Source: Podarcis tiliguerta
Taxonomy: Eukaryota
Reading direction: 5' to 3' (one strand)
Assembly: GCA_965153285.1 (NCBI GenBank)
Contig: OZ229129.1
DNA: 64,000 bases
In this document: positions 36,711 through 49,326 of the stretch, piece after piece
Layout: each line of letters begins with the position of its first letter
Numbering within the stretch: position 1 is the first letter of the stretch
The notes under the pieces: model-generated
Seen by the model: only the letters and a program-made list of their open reading frames with translations
What the model was told of the DNA's origin: nothing
Database searches by the model: none
Translations under genes and position numbers: made by a program

Positions 36711-37964
36711 CGCTAGAGACCCCCACCCTGCCCTACTGTGTAGGAGGGAGTATAGAGAAATCTGTCATCCAACCTCCTCTTCCCAGGACAAGCTCCTGTG
36801 TGGAGGCTCTTGCTCCAGCTCCCTCTGATAGAGAGAGGGATTCATGGGAAGGGAGGCAGCCTTGTGGGCACATGGCTGCTCTTCCCCAGATTTGTGCTGA
36901 GATTTGTGCTTTCTGTTGGTGCAAGTGAAATGCCCATAGTAGCACCCCTGTTTTGTACCTTCCCATCAGCATGCAGAATAGTGGCCCCCAGTGAGACCCA
37001 AGGCAGCGAGACCCACTGCTTGCCTTGGAGGCAGTGAGACCTACACTGCTCTTTGACTATGTTGCTCCAGGGCACCACCTCCAGATCCTGCTCTTTGAAG
37101 TCTAGTCTCTCCTTTGCCTGTTTCTGTTTGATTCTCCAATGTGCTTATGTCAGCCCCTCATCCAAGGCTGGTTATTCTTTGGGGCTACTATGTCAAGGTG
37201 GCAAATGGCTAATTGTTACATTTTCCCCATTTTGGGGGTGCCGTTTCATGCTTTGTTTTGTGGTCCAGGGCCTCAAGCTGGCTTGGGCCATCTCTGTGCA
37301 GCTTTTGTTGCACCGTCTTCCTGAGTAGGGCCCTCCTCCCTCTGCTGATATCTGTCCTGCAGGTGGCATTGTGAAAGGAAATCCCAGATTCTTCCCGGTG
37401 GAGCAGCAGCACACATGTGCCCCCTGCCCCCAGAAGGCAGGGCTTGTTCCTGGGTAGAGTCTGGCCTTGCTGGTCACAGAAGCAGGCAGAGTACTTCGAT
37501 GGCTGCGGGCGTGATGTGTGTGTGTGTGTGTGTCAGTGTCACAGTCTCCGTGAAGAACAGACATGGCTCATGAATGCAAATGGAAAATATGCCAATCTCA
37601 GCATCGTAGTTGCATGTGATAAATACTATTTGCATATCATTTTCCTGACTTTGATGAGCATCTGAATACAGTTTCGCTTATTCTTCAGCTTCATAGCTAG
37701 CAGATTGGGAAGGTATGAATGGGGAATGTGTTTCAGCTCTTACAGCAACATACAGGCCCGAGTCTTTTTTCATGCTGATGTGAAGTTTCAGAACCAAACA
37801 AAGAAGGGAGTCATCAGGCTGCCTCCACCTCCAAGCACCTGAAGGACCACTGATTTATTTATTTTTGGCGGGGTGTGTGTGAGCTTATTGTTGGCATCCA
37901 TCTGTCTCCAGAGACAGTAGAGTGCTCCTTCAGGGGTGAAGTTAAACCATTGCATTAGCAGCAC

Positions 37965-38610
37965 CGAAGTGATTTCTCTGGGGAGTAACCAGTGTATATG
38001 GAGGTCCAGGCTGTCCATATGGCAAGACCCCCCTCTCATCCTTGCTAATGTGGTTCAAAGAAAAGCAGAACAATATGTTTGGCATCAGCTTGGCTGCAGG
38101 AGTTGTCAGAAGACACTCAAGGCATCTTCCAAGCATCTTAGGGACTCCACTCTAGATTTGTGTAGGGTTTACTCCTTAGCCTTTTCTTCTCCCAAAGAAG
38201 GCAGCAGAGGTTTAGGATGTGAGTTTTCCATCTCCTAGTTGAGCTTCCTTCACAGGTTGATGAGCTCCATCTGCCCCTCACTTCCCTCTACAGCATATGC
38301 AGAAATCGCCTTCTTGACCATTGGACCCACTATTAGACTCTCTTCTCAGTCTGCTGGAGCCTGTCTTCATATGCAGGTGACGTCCTTAACTCACTTAGGT
38401 TTTAAGAACCATCGGCTACTCTCACCTGGTTTAGCTAGCCAGTTGAAGCTGTTTCCTGGGGTGTGGCTGCTGTTGCATGTTGACAGCTTCTAGGAGCCAC
38501 AGGTGAGAGCTGAATGCAGGGTGGGGACCCTAAGGTGGACAGACTACCCCAAAAGGAGCATGATGTGTCCCCAACCAGAGGTATTACTCCTCCCCTAACA
38601 CCCCATACAC
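37965..38610 (-). mobile_element. RTE-LINE 5'-region fragment
   Basis: gtatatggaggtcc...aaagcagaacaatatgtttggcatcagcttggctgcaggagttg is shared with 46015-46129, the 5' side of the long RTE. Confidence 0.55.
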
Positions 38611-40144
38611 TCTGGGTAATGAGAAGCCCACAGTCATTCATCTTTTTGCATATTTCAATAGGGACTAGCAATGTCTTGTTGCAAAAACCTAGACTCACAG
38701 AAACCCAGCCTAGGAAAAGAGTTTCAAGGTTGAGGTCATGGGCAGCAAACTGAGAGCAGCAGCTGCAGTAGGACCAAAGAGCAACCAAGGATACAGGAAC
38801 ACACCAGGGTGGGCTGAGGAAGACCTTGTGGCTCAAGCAAGGTCCAGCTGAAACAGCAGCCTTTTCAACCCCTTCCTGCCCATGAAGGTCCAGTGGCCAG
38901 ATTGGGTGGGGGGCAGAGTGTGTGACTTGTTGCAGTTCTGTGGCTTACTGCTTGGGGCAGCTGCATTCAGGCCCAGCAGTTGCTGAGGGAGTCCAGAGGC
39001 TGGGGGAGGGCATCCAGTTATCCCCCCTCCCTGAATTTTGAAGGGGGTGGTGCTGCGAAGGTCAGGAGGGGGAGACTGGGGGGAATCCTACCTGAATCTG
39101 GCCTAAGGCTGCCTTGTAGCCTTTGGCTGATATCTAGATGGGGGACACTATGCTCAGGTTCCTGTCCAGTGTCATGGGAGGGAAGGAGAGAGAAGCGCCT
39201 CTGCAGACCCTGCAAAAGTGAGTCCCCCAGCTACTTGCCTGCCTGCCAGCCAGCCAGCCAGATGGAGGAGTGAGCTGCCTTCTTCCTTTTCCCTTTCCCC
39301 TGCCTTAAAAAAAGGGGGGGACCCACCCGTCCCCATTGCATCAGAACTAGGCAGCATTCCTGGTGCTCTCATGTCTGTTTCTGCTGACTCACAGAGTAAC
39401 TTGCTGAAGGGAGAGAAAAAAGCAACCACGCAAAGTTCAGGGCTGGCCATCCCATCCCACCATACTAGGCAATGAGCTGAAGCAAGAAACCGCCTGCTAG
39501 AGGAGAGAGAGGGTGTGAATGCAAAGAGGTATATTCCTCTTCTGCTTTGCTGTCCTGGTGCATTGGGGAGGAGGTTTGAGGCCAGCCGGCTAGCCTAGGG
39601 GCTTCTCAGCAAATGCTGCCTCGGTGGTTCTGCTCCACATCTGCTGCTCTTGTCCTTGTGGTGGTTGCCTGTAGACTTTGGGCATCCAGCCTCCTCTTCC
39701 TTCTTCGGGGTTCCTCTTTTTGAATTGGGACCCTTCGGTACGGCATGCCTCTTCCCATTCTTTTCATCTTCACCTGAAATCTTGAAATGCCAAGGCTTCC
39801 CCAGGCACTATCAGCACTGTGAACCACCCCCATCCCTTCTTCTGAATGCTTCTGTACTATGAAGGTGGGGGGAACCCCACCCCACCCCAACTACAGCTCC
39901 CCTCCTTGGCCTCAGTATCTTGGTCAGCATTCTCTGTAAAGGTAACATTGCTTTGGGGTTGTTTTTGACACCCTCCAGAAAATGGCTGTGGTTTGGGAGG
40001 CATATTAGTTTGGAAAGGTGGTTAGAAGGCAACACTGTCTTTGGTTGCTTTCCTCCTTGTGGAAGCTGTAATCAGTGTGCTGCTCTTTGAGAAGGAGCTG
40101 TTGTATGTTTGGGCAACTTGCTCTGTTGGTAGCAGGTTACTTAG

Positions 40145-40330
40145 GAAGCCACCTTATATCAGATTGGAATGTTAGTCCCTGTAGCACAGTGTCGTTTCAC
40201 TGACAGGAACCAGTGGCTCTCCAGGGTTTCAGGCAGAAGGCAGTCTCAGCCCTTACCTGGAGATGCTGCCAGTAGGGCTTCTACCTGGGACCTTCTGCAT
40301 ACAAAGCAGGTGCTCTGTCACTGAGCTAAC
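40145..40330 (-). mobile_element. Squam3-like SINE
   Basis: gtggctctccagggtttcaggcag...cctgggaccttctgcatacaaagcaggtgctctgtcactgagcta (reverse complement of a tRNA-like head). Confidence 0.6.
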
Positions 40331-40574
40331 TGGCTTCTTCCTCTAATGTTTTGCCTTGATAACATCTTTCCCCAGCCTTTCTGGGCTGATGGGGGGGGGG
40401 GGAGAGACTATAGAGTGCTCTATAGAGTCATAAGAGCCCTGCAGCTGGACCTGCCTAGAGGCATTCTGTTCTCACAGAGGGAAGCCAGATGACTAGTGGG
40501 AAGCCCATAAGCAGGACCTGTGTGCAACAGCACCCTAGCTGAACCACCCTGTGATCTTCAGATGAAGGGCAGTA

Positions 40575-41170
40575 CAGTGGTACCTCGGGTTACATACACT
40601 TCAGGTTACATACGCTTCAGGTTAAAGGTAAAGGTACCCCTGCCCGTACGGGCCAGTCTTGACAGACTCTAGGGTTGTGCGCCCATCTCACTCAAGAGGC
40701 CGAGGGCCAGCGCTGTCCGGAGACACTTCCGGGTCACGTGGCCAGCGTGACAAAGCTGCATCTGGCGAGCCAGCGCAGCACACGGAAACGCCGTTTACCT
40801 TCCCGCCTGTAAGCGGTCCCTATTTATCTACTTGCACCCGGGGGTGCTTTCGAACTGCTAGGTTGGCAGGCGCTGGGACCGAGCAACGGGAGCGCACCCC
40901 GCTGCGGGGATTCGAACCGCCGACCTTTCGATCGGCAAGCCCTAGGCGCTGAGGCTTTTACCCACAGCGCCACCCGCATCCCACGCTTCAGGTTACAGAC
41001 TCCGCTAACCCAGAAATAGTACCTCAGGTTAAGAACTTTGCTTCAGGATGAGAACAGAAATTGTGCAGCAGGAGGCTCCATTAGCTAAAGTGGTACCTCA
41101 GGTTAAGAACAGTTTCAGGTTAAGAGTGGACCTCCAGAACGAATTAAGTTCTTAACCCGAGATACCACTG
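40575..41170. mobile_element. CAGTGGTACCTC-family MITE split by a Sauria SINE
   Basis: TA|cagtggtacctcgggttacatac ... gataccactg|TA; colinear with 14668-14885 once the SINE is removed. Confidence 0.85.
40625..40982 (-). mobile_element. Full-length young Sauria SINE
   Basis: Minus strand reads gggatgcgggTGGCGCTGTGGG (A box)...GGTTCGAATCC (B box)...(ACCTTT)n. CpGs retained; perfect 13-bp TSD acgcttcaggtta at 40612-40624 and 40983-40995. Confidence 0.95.
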
Positions 41171-41239
41171 TATACAAATTTAATCAATAAATAACAATAA
41201 AATTGTCCATTTGACGCTTTGCACAATAGCCTTTGATAG

Positions 41240-41415
41240 CCTTGTCCTCTGTTGGAGCCAGTGTTGTCTACTCTGGCTGTCAGTAACTGTTCAAGGTCTC
41301 ACCCAGCAACTCCTCCCTCTATTCCTTTTAACTGGAGGTTTCTGCCTTGGGGGATTGAACCCGAGGTCTTCTGCCTCCAGAGCTGCTGCTATGCCACTCA
41401 ACTGTGGCTCCTTGC
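41240..41415 (-). mobile_element. Squam3-like SINE (degenerate)
   Basis: cagtgttgtctactctggctgtcag...gggattgaacccgaggtcttctgc. Confidence 0.45.
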
Positions 41416-41889
41416 CGTGGATGAAAAGTGGCCACTTGTCAGCTTTTTGGAGAGCAGTCCTTCAGTGCCTGCAAACCTCATTGATTTCAATAGAACTAGA
41501 GATTCTTAACAGAGTGCAGGATTGCAGTGCATAGGACCCAATCCAGAGAGTATTATGTATCTTTAAGATGCAGCCACAATAGTTTCCCCAGGAGGTGGTT
41601 GGAAGCCAGACTCACAGGTCTGGATCTTGCATTGTGCTAAGTGGTGCATCTTCACAGCCAGCAGTGTGGGGATTTTGAAGGGTTTGGGCAGCTTTCCCCC
41701 TTTCAGCTCAAAAGTGCTGAAAGATAGTCTGGGGGAAAAATGTTTTTTTGCACACAGGTGGTACCTGGGGGGCTCTGTGGATTTCCCCTCATACCTGAAA
41801 ACACGCAATGCGGTAGGCTGCTCCTGCTGATCCTTGAAGTTTAAAAGTCCCTGAGCTGCAATCACCACAGCATCCTTCAGTTCATACTA

Positions 41890-42080
41890 CAGTAGAACCT
41901 CGACTTACCACCGCCCCTACTCGTGAACAGTTCGACTCGCGACCATAGCAAACCCGGAAGTAAATACCGGGTTTGCCACGATTCACGCACACACACAGAA
42001 TGGCGCTTCTACCAGTGACCCGGATCAACTCACGAACGGACCTCTTGAATGGATTCCGTACGTGAGTAGAGGTTCCACTG
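41890..42080. mobile_element. TA-flanked MITE (CAGTAGAACCTC TIR)
   Basis: TA|cagtagaacctcgactt...agtagaggttccactg|TA. Confidence 0.8.
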
Positions 42081-44128
42081 TACATCTGTCTGTCTATCTT
42101 TGTTAAAATCTCTCTGTCTCAGGAGACAATGGAGGAATGCGCCTTTGGGGTAAAGTCAAACCATTGGAGAGTTACAGTGTCTGCTGTGGCTGTAGATATT
42201 GATGCAGGAGAGACATGTGTTATTGTAGCTAGGGCAGATGAAGGTTTTAGTGATCACTGTTAGAGATGTATCATGGCATTTCTTCTCTTTGCCCTCCTCC
42301 CAGCAATCATTCCTCTTCTGGTCACTGCTATGGATACACGACCTGTCTACAGGCACTGTGGTCATTTGCAAGAGATTATCACACAGCAGGGTTGATGTCA
42401 CCAGCCATCATGTCTTGTTTGCAGACATCTATGTAACACATGGTTGGTCTGCTAACAGGCCTGGTCCCTGTGGCCAGCTCCATGTATGTCCTTGGGGATC
42501 CTTCCATCTTCCATTCTGTGGACATGGCCAAGCCAGTGTTGGCATCACTGAGACAGGAGTGTGAACATGCTGGGAATTTGGATTTGGAAGAGCATATCTT
42601 TGTTTGAGACTCTGTCCTGCCATGTGATGCCCAAAATCTTCCTGACGCAGTACATGTGGAAGGCTTTGAAGCATCACTCCTGACAGCTGTTAGTTACCCT
42701 CCACTCACTTCCATAAAGCAGCATGCTCTAGATGCAAGCCTGGTAGACTTTCATCTAGGTATTGGTCATTAGCATCACATTCTCCGATACCCTTTTGGAG
42801 AGGTGAGCCATTGCCAGAGCTGCCTTGCCAATACACTTGTCCAGCTGAGCATCAGTGGAGAGGTTGCTGGTTATGGTGGAGCCCAGAAGCACAAAATTGT
42901 CTATAACCTTAAGCGTTTGGTCACCAATGCTGATGCATGGAGTGCTGGCAATGTCCTGCCCCAGGATGTTGGTCTTTGTCAGGATGATGGTAAGGCTAAC
43001 CTCCCTGCAGGCTTGGGCAAGATGGTTGATAGCCTCTGTAGAGCTTCCTTGGAGTGTACTGTAAAGGCTGCTTCATCTGCAAACATCTCTCTGATAAGCA
43101 CCCGCTGCACTTTTGTCTTGGTGCGGAGACATGATCATTTTATGAAGCTTTGGTGGGCACCACATCTTGTTGAGCAGTGTGAAGAGCCTGTTTTGGCTGA
43201 TGAGATCAAAGGCCTTTGTCAGGTCTATGAAGTTGATGTACAAGAGGCATCTCTGCTCCTGGCATTTCTCCTGCAGCTGATGCATTGAGAAAATCATGTT
43301 GACTGTTGACTTCTGGGCTCTAAAGCCATGTTGTGGCTTGAGATAAACCATGTTGGCGAGTGACTGTAATCTGTTGAGAACTACACAGGTGAAGGCTTTC
43401 CCCACAGTACTCAGTGGGGAGATTCCATGTTAGTTGTTACAGCCATGGTGGTCACCTTTGTTTTTGTAGAGGGTCACAATGCTGGAGTCATGCGTGTCTT
43501 GTGGCATTGATCCTTGTTTCTAACACTACAAGATAAAGCCATGGAGGTGCATCATGAGGGAGGAATTGAAGCCAGCTTTCAGCACTTCTGTTAGGATTCC
43601 ATCCTGTCTTGGGGCTTTACCACATGCTTGAGAGTTGGTGGTATTCTTCAGCTTGTCAAGGAAGGGAGCGACATCCCACTCTTCCAAGGCAGGCAGGCAG
43701 GACACTGTTGACTGCTGTGTCAGAGACCATGTTTTCCCATGAGTACAGTTCTTGGTAGTGCTCTGTCCATCACTTTGTCTGGTTGCTGCAGTCTCTGATG
43801 ATCTCTCCTGGCAAAAGATTTTAGTGGTGCAGTTTTCATGACTGTTGGTCCAAAAGCTTTCTTCATGCCATTATACATTTTGCGAGTGTTGCCAGTGTCA
43901 GCAATGAATTGAATGCTGTGACACAGCTTTAGCCAGTAGTTATTGGCACATTATCTGGCAGTGTGCTGGGCATCACTCCTTGCCTTTCTCAGTGTAACAG
44001 GTGTCTTTTTGCAGCGCTTGTAGTTCAGAAGAGCCTTGCGCTTTACAGTGATAACAGGCTCCATGGCCTTCATGCCAACCTCAAACCAGTCTGGGAACTG
44101 TTGGTCTCTTTTGCCAAAGGAGGATATA

Positions 44129-44520
44129 CCGTATTTTTCGCTCTATAAGACACACTTTTTCGCTCCTAAAAAGTAAGGGAAAATGTGTGTGCGTCTTACG
44201 GAGCGAATGCAGGCTGCACGGCTAAGCCAGAAGCCAGAACAGGGAGAGGGAGCGTTGTGCAGTGCTCCCTCTCGCTGTTCTAGCTTCTGGTTTAGCTGTG
44301 CAAAGCCTTCGCAGGGCAGCGGGATGAAGGCACCCCACTGCCCTGCAGAGGCTTCATGGGCTGTCCCAGAAGCCAGAACAGCGAGACAGAGTGCTGTGCA
44401 GCACTCCGTCTCACTGTTCTAGCTTCGGGCTTAGCTGCGCAAAGCCTCTGCAGGGCAGCGGGGTGCCTTCATCCCGCTGCCCTCCGGAGGATTCGCAGGC
44501 TGTCCCAGAAGCCTCCGCAG
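44129..44520. mobile_element. CCGTATTTTTC-family DNA transposon fragment with internal GC-rich hairpin repeats
   Basis: TA|ccgtatttttcgctctataagac, then two copies of cagaagccagaacag...ctgttctagctt inverted repeats; right TIR not seen. Confidence 0.65.
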
Positions 44521-44947
44521 GACATATGGTAGCTGTGTTGTAGGTTGCCTCTTTGATGTGTTTCCACCTTACTTCAACACTTGTTCGGCAGAATCACAGA
44601 AGCATTCACAAAGTTCAAGTATGATTTTTCTGCCACTGTTGATTCGAAACCACACTTTGTGCTATGGGTCCTCTTTGGCTGCAGATGGATCTTGCTTGCC
44701 ACCAGGGAGTGATCAGTGTCACAGTCAGCACTGTGGTAACTTTCTGTGACGCAAACACAGTTCAGTGCCGTTCACCTGGTGATAATCAAGTCCATCTGGT
44801 GCTAGTGGCCTGACCTTGGATCCTTCTAGGAAATTTGCTGTTTTACCTTGGTAGAGAAGAATAAGTTTGTGATGCAGAGGCTTTGATACAAGCACAGCTC
44901 AAGCAGCCTTTGTCTGCTCTCATTAATGCTGCCAGTACCAAAGAGGC

Positions 44948-45201
44948 GATGGGTAGGCAAACTAAAGCCCAGAGGCCGGATCTGGTCCAATCATCTTCTA
45001 CATCTGGCCTGCGGGCGGTCCGGGAATCAGTGTGTTTTTACATGAGTAGAATGTGTTCTTTTATTTAAAATGCATCTCTGGGTTATTTGTGGGGCATAGG
45101 AATTTGTTCATCCCTCCCTCCCAAAAAAATATAGTCCGGCCCCCCACAAGTCCTGAGGGACAGTGGACTGGCCCCCTGCTGAAAAGATTTGCTGACCCCT
45201 G
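44948..45201. mobile_element. hAT MITE
   Basis: Perfect 8-bp TSD aaagaggc at 44940-44947 and 45202-45209; ends gatgggtaggcaaa / tttgctgacccctg. Confidence 0.85.
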
Positions 45202-48200
45202 AAAGAGGCCTATGCAGTTGTCCCATGTGTGATGATCACCCCCTATTCTTGCATTGAAACCTCCCAGCAGAAATAGGTGTTCACAGTCTGGGACCCTCCT
45301 GACAGCCTGGTCTAGTTGCTTGTAGAACTAGTCCTTGGTTTGTATGTAAGGGAACATAGTGGGAACATAGACACTCAATTTGTTAACTGGACCGAAGGTG
45401 GTTGAGAGGTGGAGGGAAAGCAAGTGTTCTGAGCCCTCAGCTGGTTCTGTCGCAGAGAGAAGAGAGTTCCCCACTGTGAATCCTACGCCATGAACACATG
45501 GGTCTTCCGGATGACCTCCTTGCCAGAAAATGGTGTAGTTCTTCTCTCAGAGTCTGCCATTCGAAGCAAATCTGGTTTCCTGTAGAATGGCATGTCAGTG
45601 TTTGAATTTTTTCAGATCACAGTCTTCCATGAGTCATTAACTTGCAGCAGTTCAGTGGACGAGCGAGAACACATGGTCTTGACATACCAGCTTGCTAGGT
45701 GCAAGAGGATTTGTTTCTTTTATTTTTTACCTGGTATAGTAGTTTGGTCTGTTTCTTGATTGATACTCTGAGTTTCAAGCACCCATTGAAGCAGGTGGAC
45801 AGTGGCAGGCCATCACTTTATTGACCGAGGACTGCCTGGCTTTAGGTGGGCAGTAGCTGACAAGTGAGACATGATGATCTTTCCCACTGACGAAAGCTAC
45901 CCATTGTGCTCGTACCTTACGTCAATCAGACTGAGCTTATAACTCATAACTTCTGCTTCCTGCGTTTTTGCTGCGTTTTGCAGCATTGAAGTGATCAGGG
46001 CATAGTCCTGGGCAGTATGTATGGAGGTTCTGGGCTGCTCAGAAGACAAGACTCTTACTGGCCATGCTGGTGTGGTGCAAAGGAAAGCAGAGAAATATGT
46101 TTGGCACCAGCTTGGCTGCAGGAGTTGCCTGATAGAGGTATATAGTTAGAAGCCAACTGGCCAGACATGTACATGGCTACAGAACTGCTTTTTTACTTGC
46201 GATTGTTTTTTAGTTTAAAAATACTTTACCCTTCTCTCCAGCAAAATGATAAATGTGTTTTAGCATCGGGGCAGCTGAAGCAAACCCCACATTCCTATAA
46301 TGTTAGTGCTATAATTTAAGTGAGTTTAAAATGTGAAACTGCAATACACAAAGAGTGTTTTGGGGTTTTTTTATTAGGGTTGGTAAACCTCTGTGTTGTA
46401 TCTAACCAAGTTTTTACTCAGAAATTAATGGAAATTGATTTTGCTTGGTGTGCCCTGAGCCTGTCTAATGTTGGATGCAACTCTATATTTTGTGCAGAAG
46501 CCATCCTGAAGTTTGGGGTGGCAACTGGGGGAGAAGGCAACATGAACTGGGAGATTCTCAACTGCAGCCATCTCAAGAGCCACCCATCTCAAGGCCATTA
46601 AGTTCTAGGTCTGAAATTCCCAAGTCTACGACCACTGAGGCTGGATCTGTCTGGTGCCTATTGCTCCACTTGTGATAAGGAGACAGATCAGGCTCCAGGT
46701 CTCTCCCCTTCTGAGGCCTTTAAGTCTCTTTTTAAGGGATAACTAGAATTCAGACAGCTTTAATGCAACAAGGCTAAAATCTGAATTAACAGTTGATGAA
46801 TTAACTGGAGAGAGAAATGGCCCTTTTTTGTGGACATTTTTGAAACTCTAGCATCCCTCTCTTTCAAGGAAAGGAAAAAGGAGTAATTTCCTGCTTCTGT
46901 GGTTGCTGAGTAATATAAGCAAACACGGACCTTTGAAAAAAGCAAGTCCCAAATTCATGATTGATTGATTTTTCTTTTATTAGTTACTTACCCTTTGTGG
47001 CAAGGTGGGTTACATTTTTAAAAAGTGGTATTTATGTGGGGAGGCTCACCTTAAGAGTGTGTGTCATTTTGGGGGCCCGTGCTTGCATGAGAGCATGGTG
47101 TCCAAAAGCGTGCGAGATTGCGGTGCCCCAAAATATGTGTTTTTTAGGTGCCATGTTCTTGCATGGGTCATGTGACTTATGCAGGAGTGCGGCCTGGAAG
47201 ACACGTGTCTTGTTTTGCGCTGGGACATGTTGGAGGGTATGACAGCACCATTCATGTAACAAAAACTACCACAGATAACAACATTTTCAAAAGTAGGGGG
47301 TCCATAACTTGGCTTTTGAAAAGCAGGGTCCTCAGTTCTTAGCTACATAATTGGGAACCACTGATCTAGAGGCTCTCAAGATGATCCTTATAATTTCTGA
47401 GTGGGCAGTATATAAATCCTTTTATATGTGTTAGTAAATAAAAAATGGGGTTTGCTAATACTTCCCACCAATTTTTAAGCAGCCCTTCCCCAAAAGCTTC
47501 AACAAACAGCGGATTTAGATTATATTGTGGGAATTAGAAGCTGTGTGTGTATTTGGGAGGTTATGCATCATTGCAGCCAGCCAGCCCAGGAGGTTCCCTT
47601 TTAGCCCCTTGCTAGCCAAAGTGATCTCTAGGGTCAGGTCAGGTTGCCGCAAATGGGGGGGGGGGAGGGAGAGAACATCAGTGGCAGCTGGACTAGTGAG
47701 GCCAAGAGAAACCTTAATGCACACTCCCAGAGGGCCCCCTCCCCAATTTCCAATTGTTTCACTGGAAAATAAAAGTGTTGTGAGAGGCTTTGAGGGGGGG
47801 ATATGATAGGATGCTTCCCTCTCCCCTCCCTGGAGTTTCTTTTCTACCTAAACCTTCCAGTCCTCCAGCAGAGGACTTGCAGTCTTTGAGAGAATGTGTC
47901 TTTCTGGTTGGGAGTGTCTTGTAAGAAGGGGCTCAGGTCTGAGTAATGGTGCAAAGGGAGGAGTGTGGTGTGTGGAGTGGGGGTAGAAAGTGGAAGGCAA
48001 CTGGCTCTGTGACCTGAAACACTTAGTCTTAATAACTTGCACTGTAGAAGGAAAACAGGTCTCTGTCCCAAGGAGATTCCAGTGGTAATAGACCAGGCTT
48101 CCTCCAGCAGTTGCTGGGGGATTGCAAGCAGATTCCAGAGCACATAGTGAAAATGACACAGGGGCATGGGGTGGGGACCATGCTGCAAGGTGGGCTCAGA

Positions 48201-49269
48201 GCCAGCTCCAGCACTGGTATTGCCCCTGGGTCAGGCTCAGGGTTTTGAGGCAGGCTCCAGGGCAGGCCTGTTTTGTGAAGGGTGTGTGTATGTACACCCC
48301 CCCCCCATGTGTGCGTACACCCCCCCTCCTTTTGTGACACCCTGGCCATTGACCTTATCAGGCAGAAGGAGGGGATAGTAAAAGGTGCGTGGGGGGTATT
48401 TTGCCTTTGCCCTGGTTCCTCCTGTCCTTTGTTCCTTCTCACCCTGAGGAGTTAATGGAGAGCCTCCGCTGCGCCAGCTCTGCAGACTGTTTGGAATACT
48501 TTAAATGCTTTGACACTCTGGATGTGCTGGATGGGAGAGGAGGCGGTTTGCAGCTTAATTCATATGCAAAACTGTGCCATAAATCCTGAGCCCTGTCTCA
48601 GTTGCTGTGGCACCACTAAGCATTTCATCAGCGCCCCATACAGTATTTCTGCCATCTTTGTTTGCATTGCAGTGACTCATCAAAAGTCTGTCTTGTACCA
48701 ACACCCTGAGCATTCCTCTGGCACTGATCCTTCTCCCCCCCCCCTCCCTTTTTCTTTCTCTCTCTCTCTCTCCCCTCCTTTTCTTCCGAGCTTCAGTTTG
48801 AAACTGGCCTTTGCTTCAGGTCTCTCGTCAAAGGGCTCTATTCATTGCAGAGAATGGCCTGAATGTTAAGCTGCATATCCGGCCCTGTTCATTGAGATGC
48901 TGCTTTGCGCTGCTCCTGCTGCTCCTGCTGAGGTGGTTTGACTTAGTCTGAAGCTGAAACTCCTCACAGCAGAAGCAAGGAGGACAGGCAGGAGGGGCTG
49001 AGGCGGGAAGGACTGAGGCAGGAGGGGGCACCTCCTCATTGTGCCCCCCCTTCCAAGCAGCCTTTGCTGCTGCACTGGAGAGTTGGGTGCTGAAGAGAGG
49101 GGTTGAGGAGACCCTTCCAGAAGCAGGTGCTGTGGATTTCACACCACTTAAGGTATGTTCACATGAGGGGGGCACATCCCTGCGCTGAATGCTTGGGCAA
49201 TGTGATGCAGCTGCAGAATGGGGCTATCCTAGCTGGCAGCTTTGCAGGGGTGGTTGGAGGTAGTGTGTA

Positions 49270-49270
<1 letters not shown>

Positions 49271-49324
<54 letters not shown>
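49271..49324. repeat. Compound (GT)10(GA)17 microsatellite
   Basis: Direct reading. Confidence 0.95.

Positions 49325-49326
<2 letters not shown>

Larger units (their letters stand above)
42105..46130 (-). mobile_element. Near full-length but decayed RTE-clade LINE (non-BovB), endonuclease + RT
   Basis: Minus-strand motifs in order: LASWYVKTM, NYTIFWQG, LLGGFNARIG (APE endonuclease), QHGFRAQKSTVNMIF...QLQEKCQEQ...FIDLTKAFD, MFADEAA (YADD-like). Interrupted by two DNA-transposon insertions. Confidence 0.8.

Noticed and set aside
40880-40982. tRNA gene
   Set aside because: The A/B boxes belong to the tRNA-derived head of a Sauria SINE flanked by TSDs.
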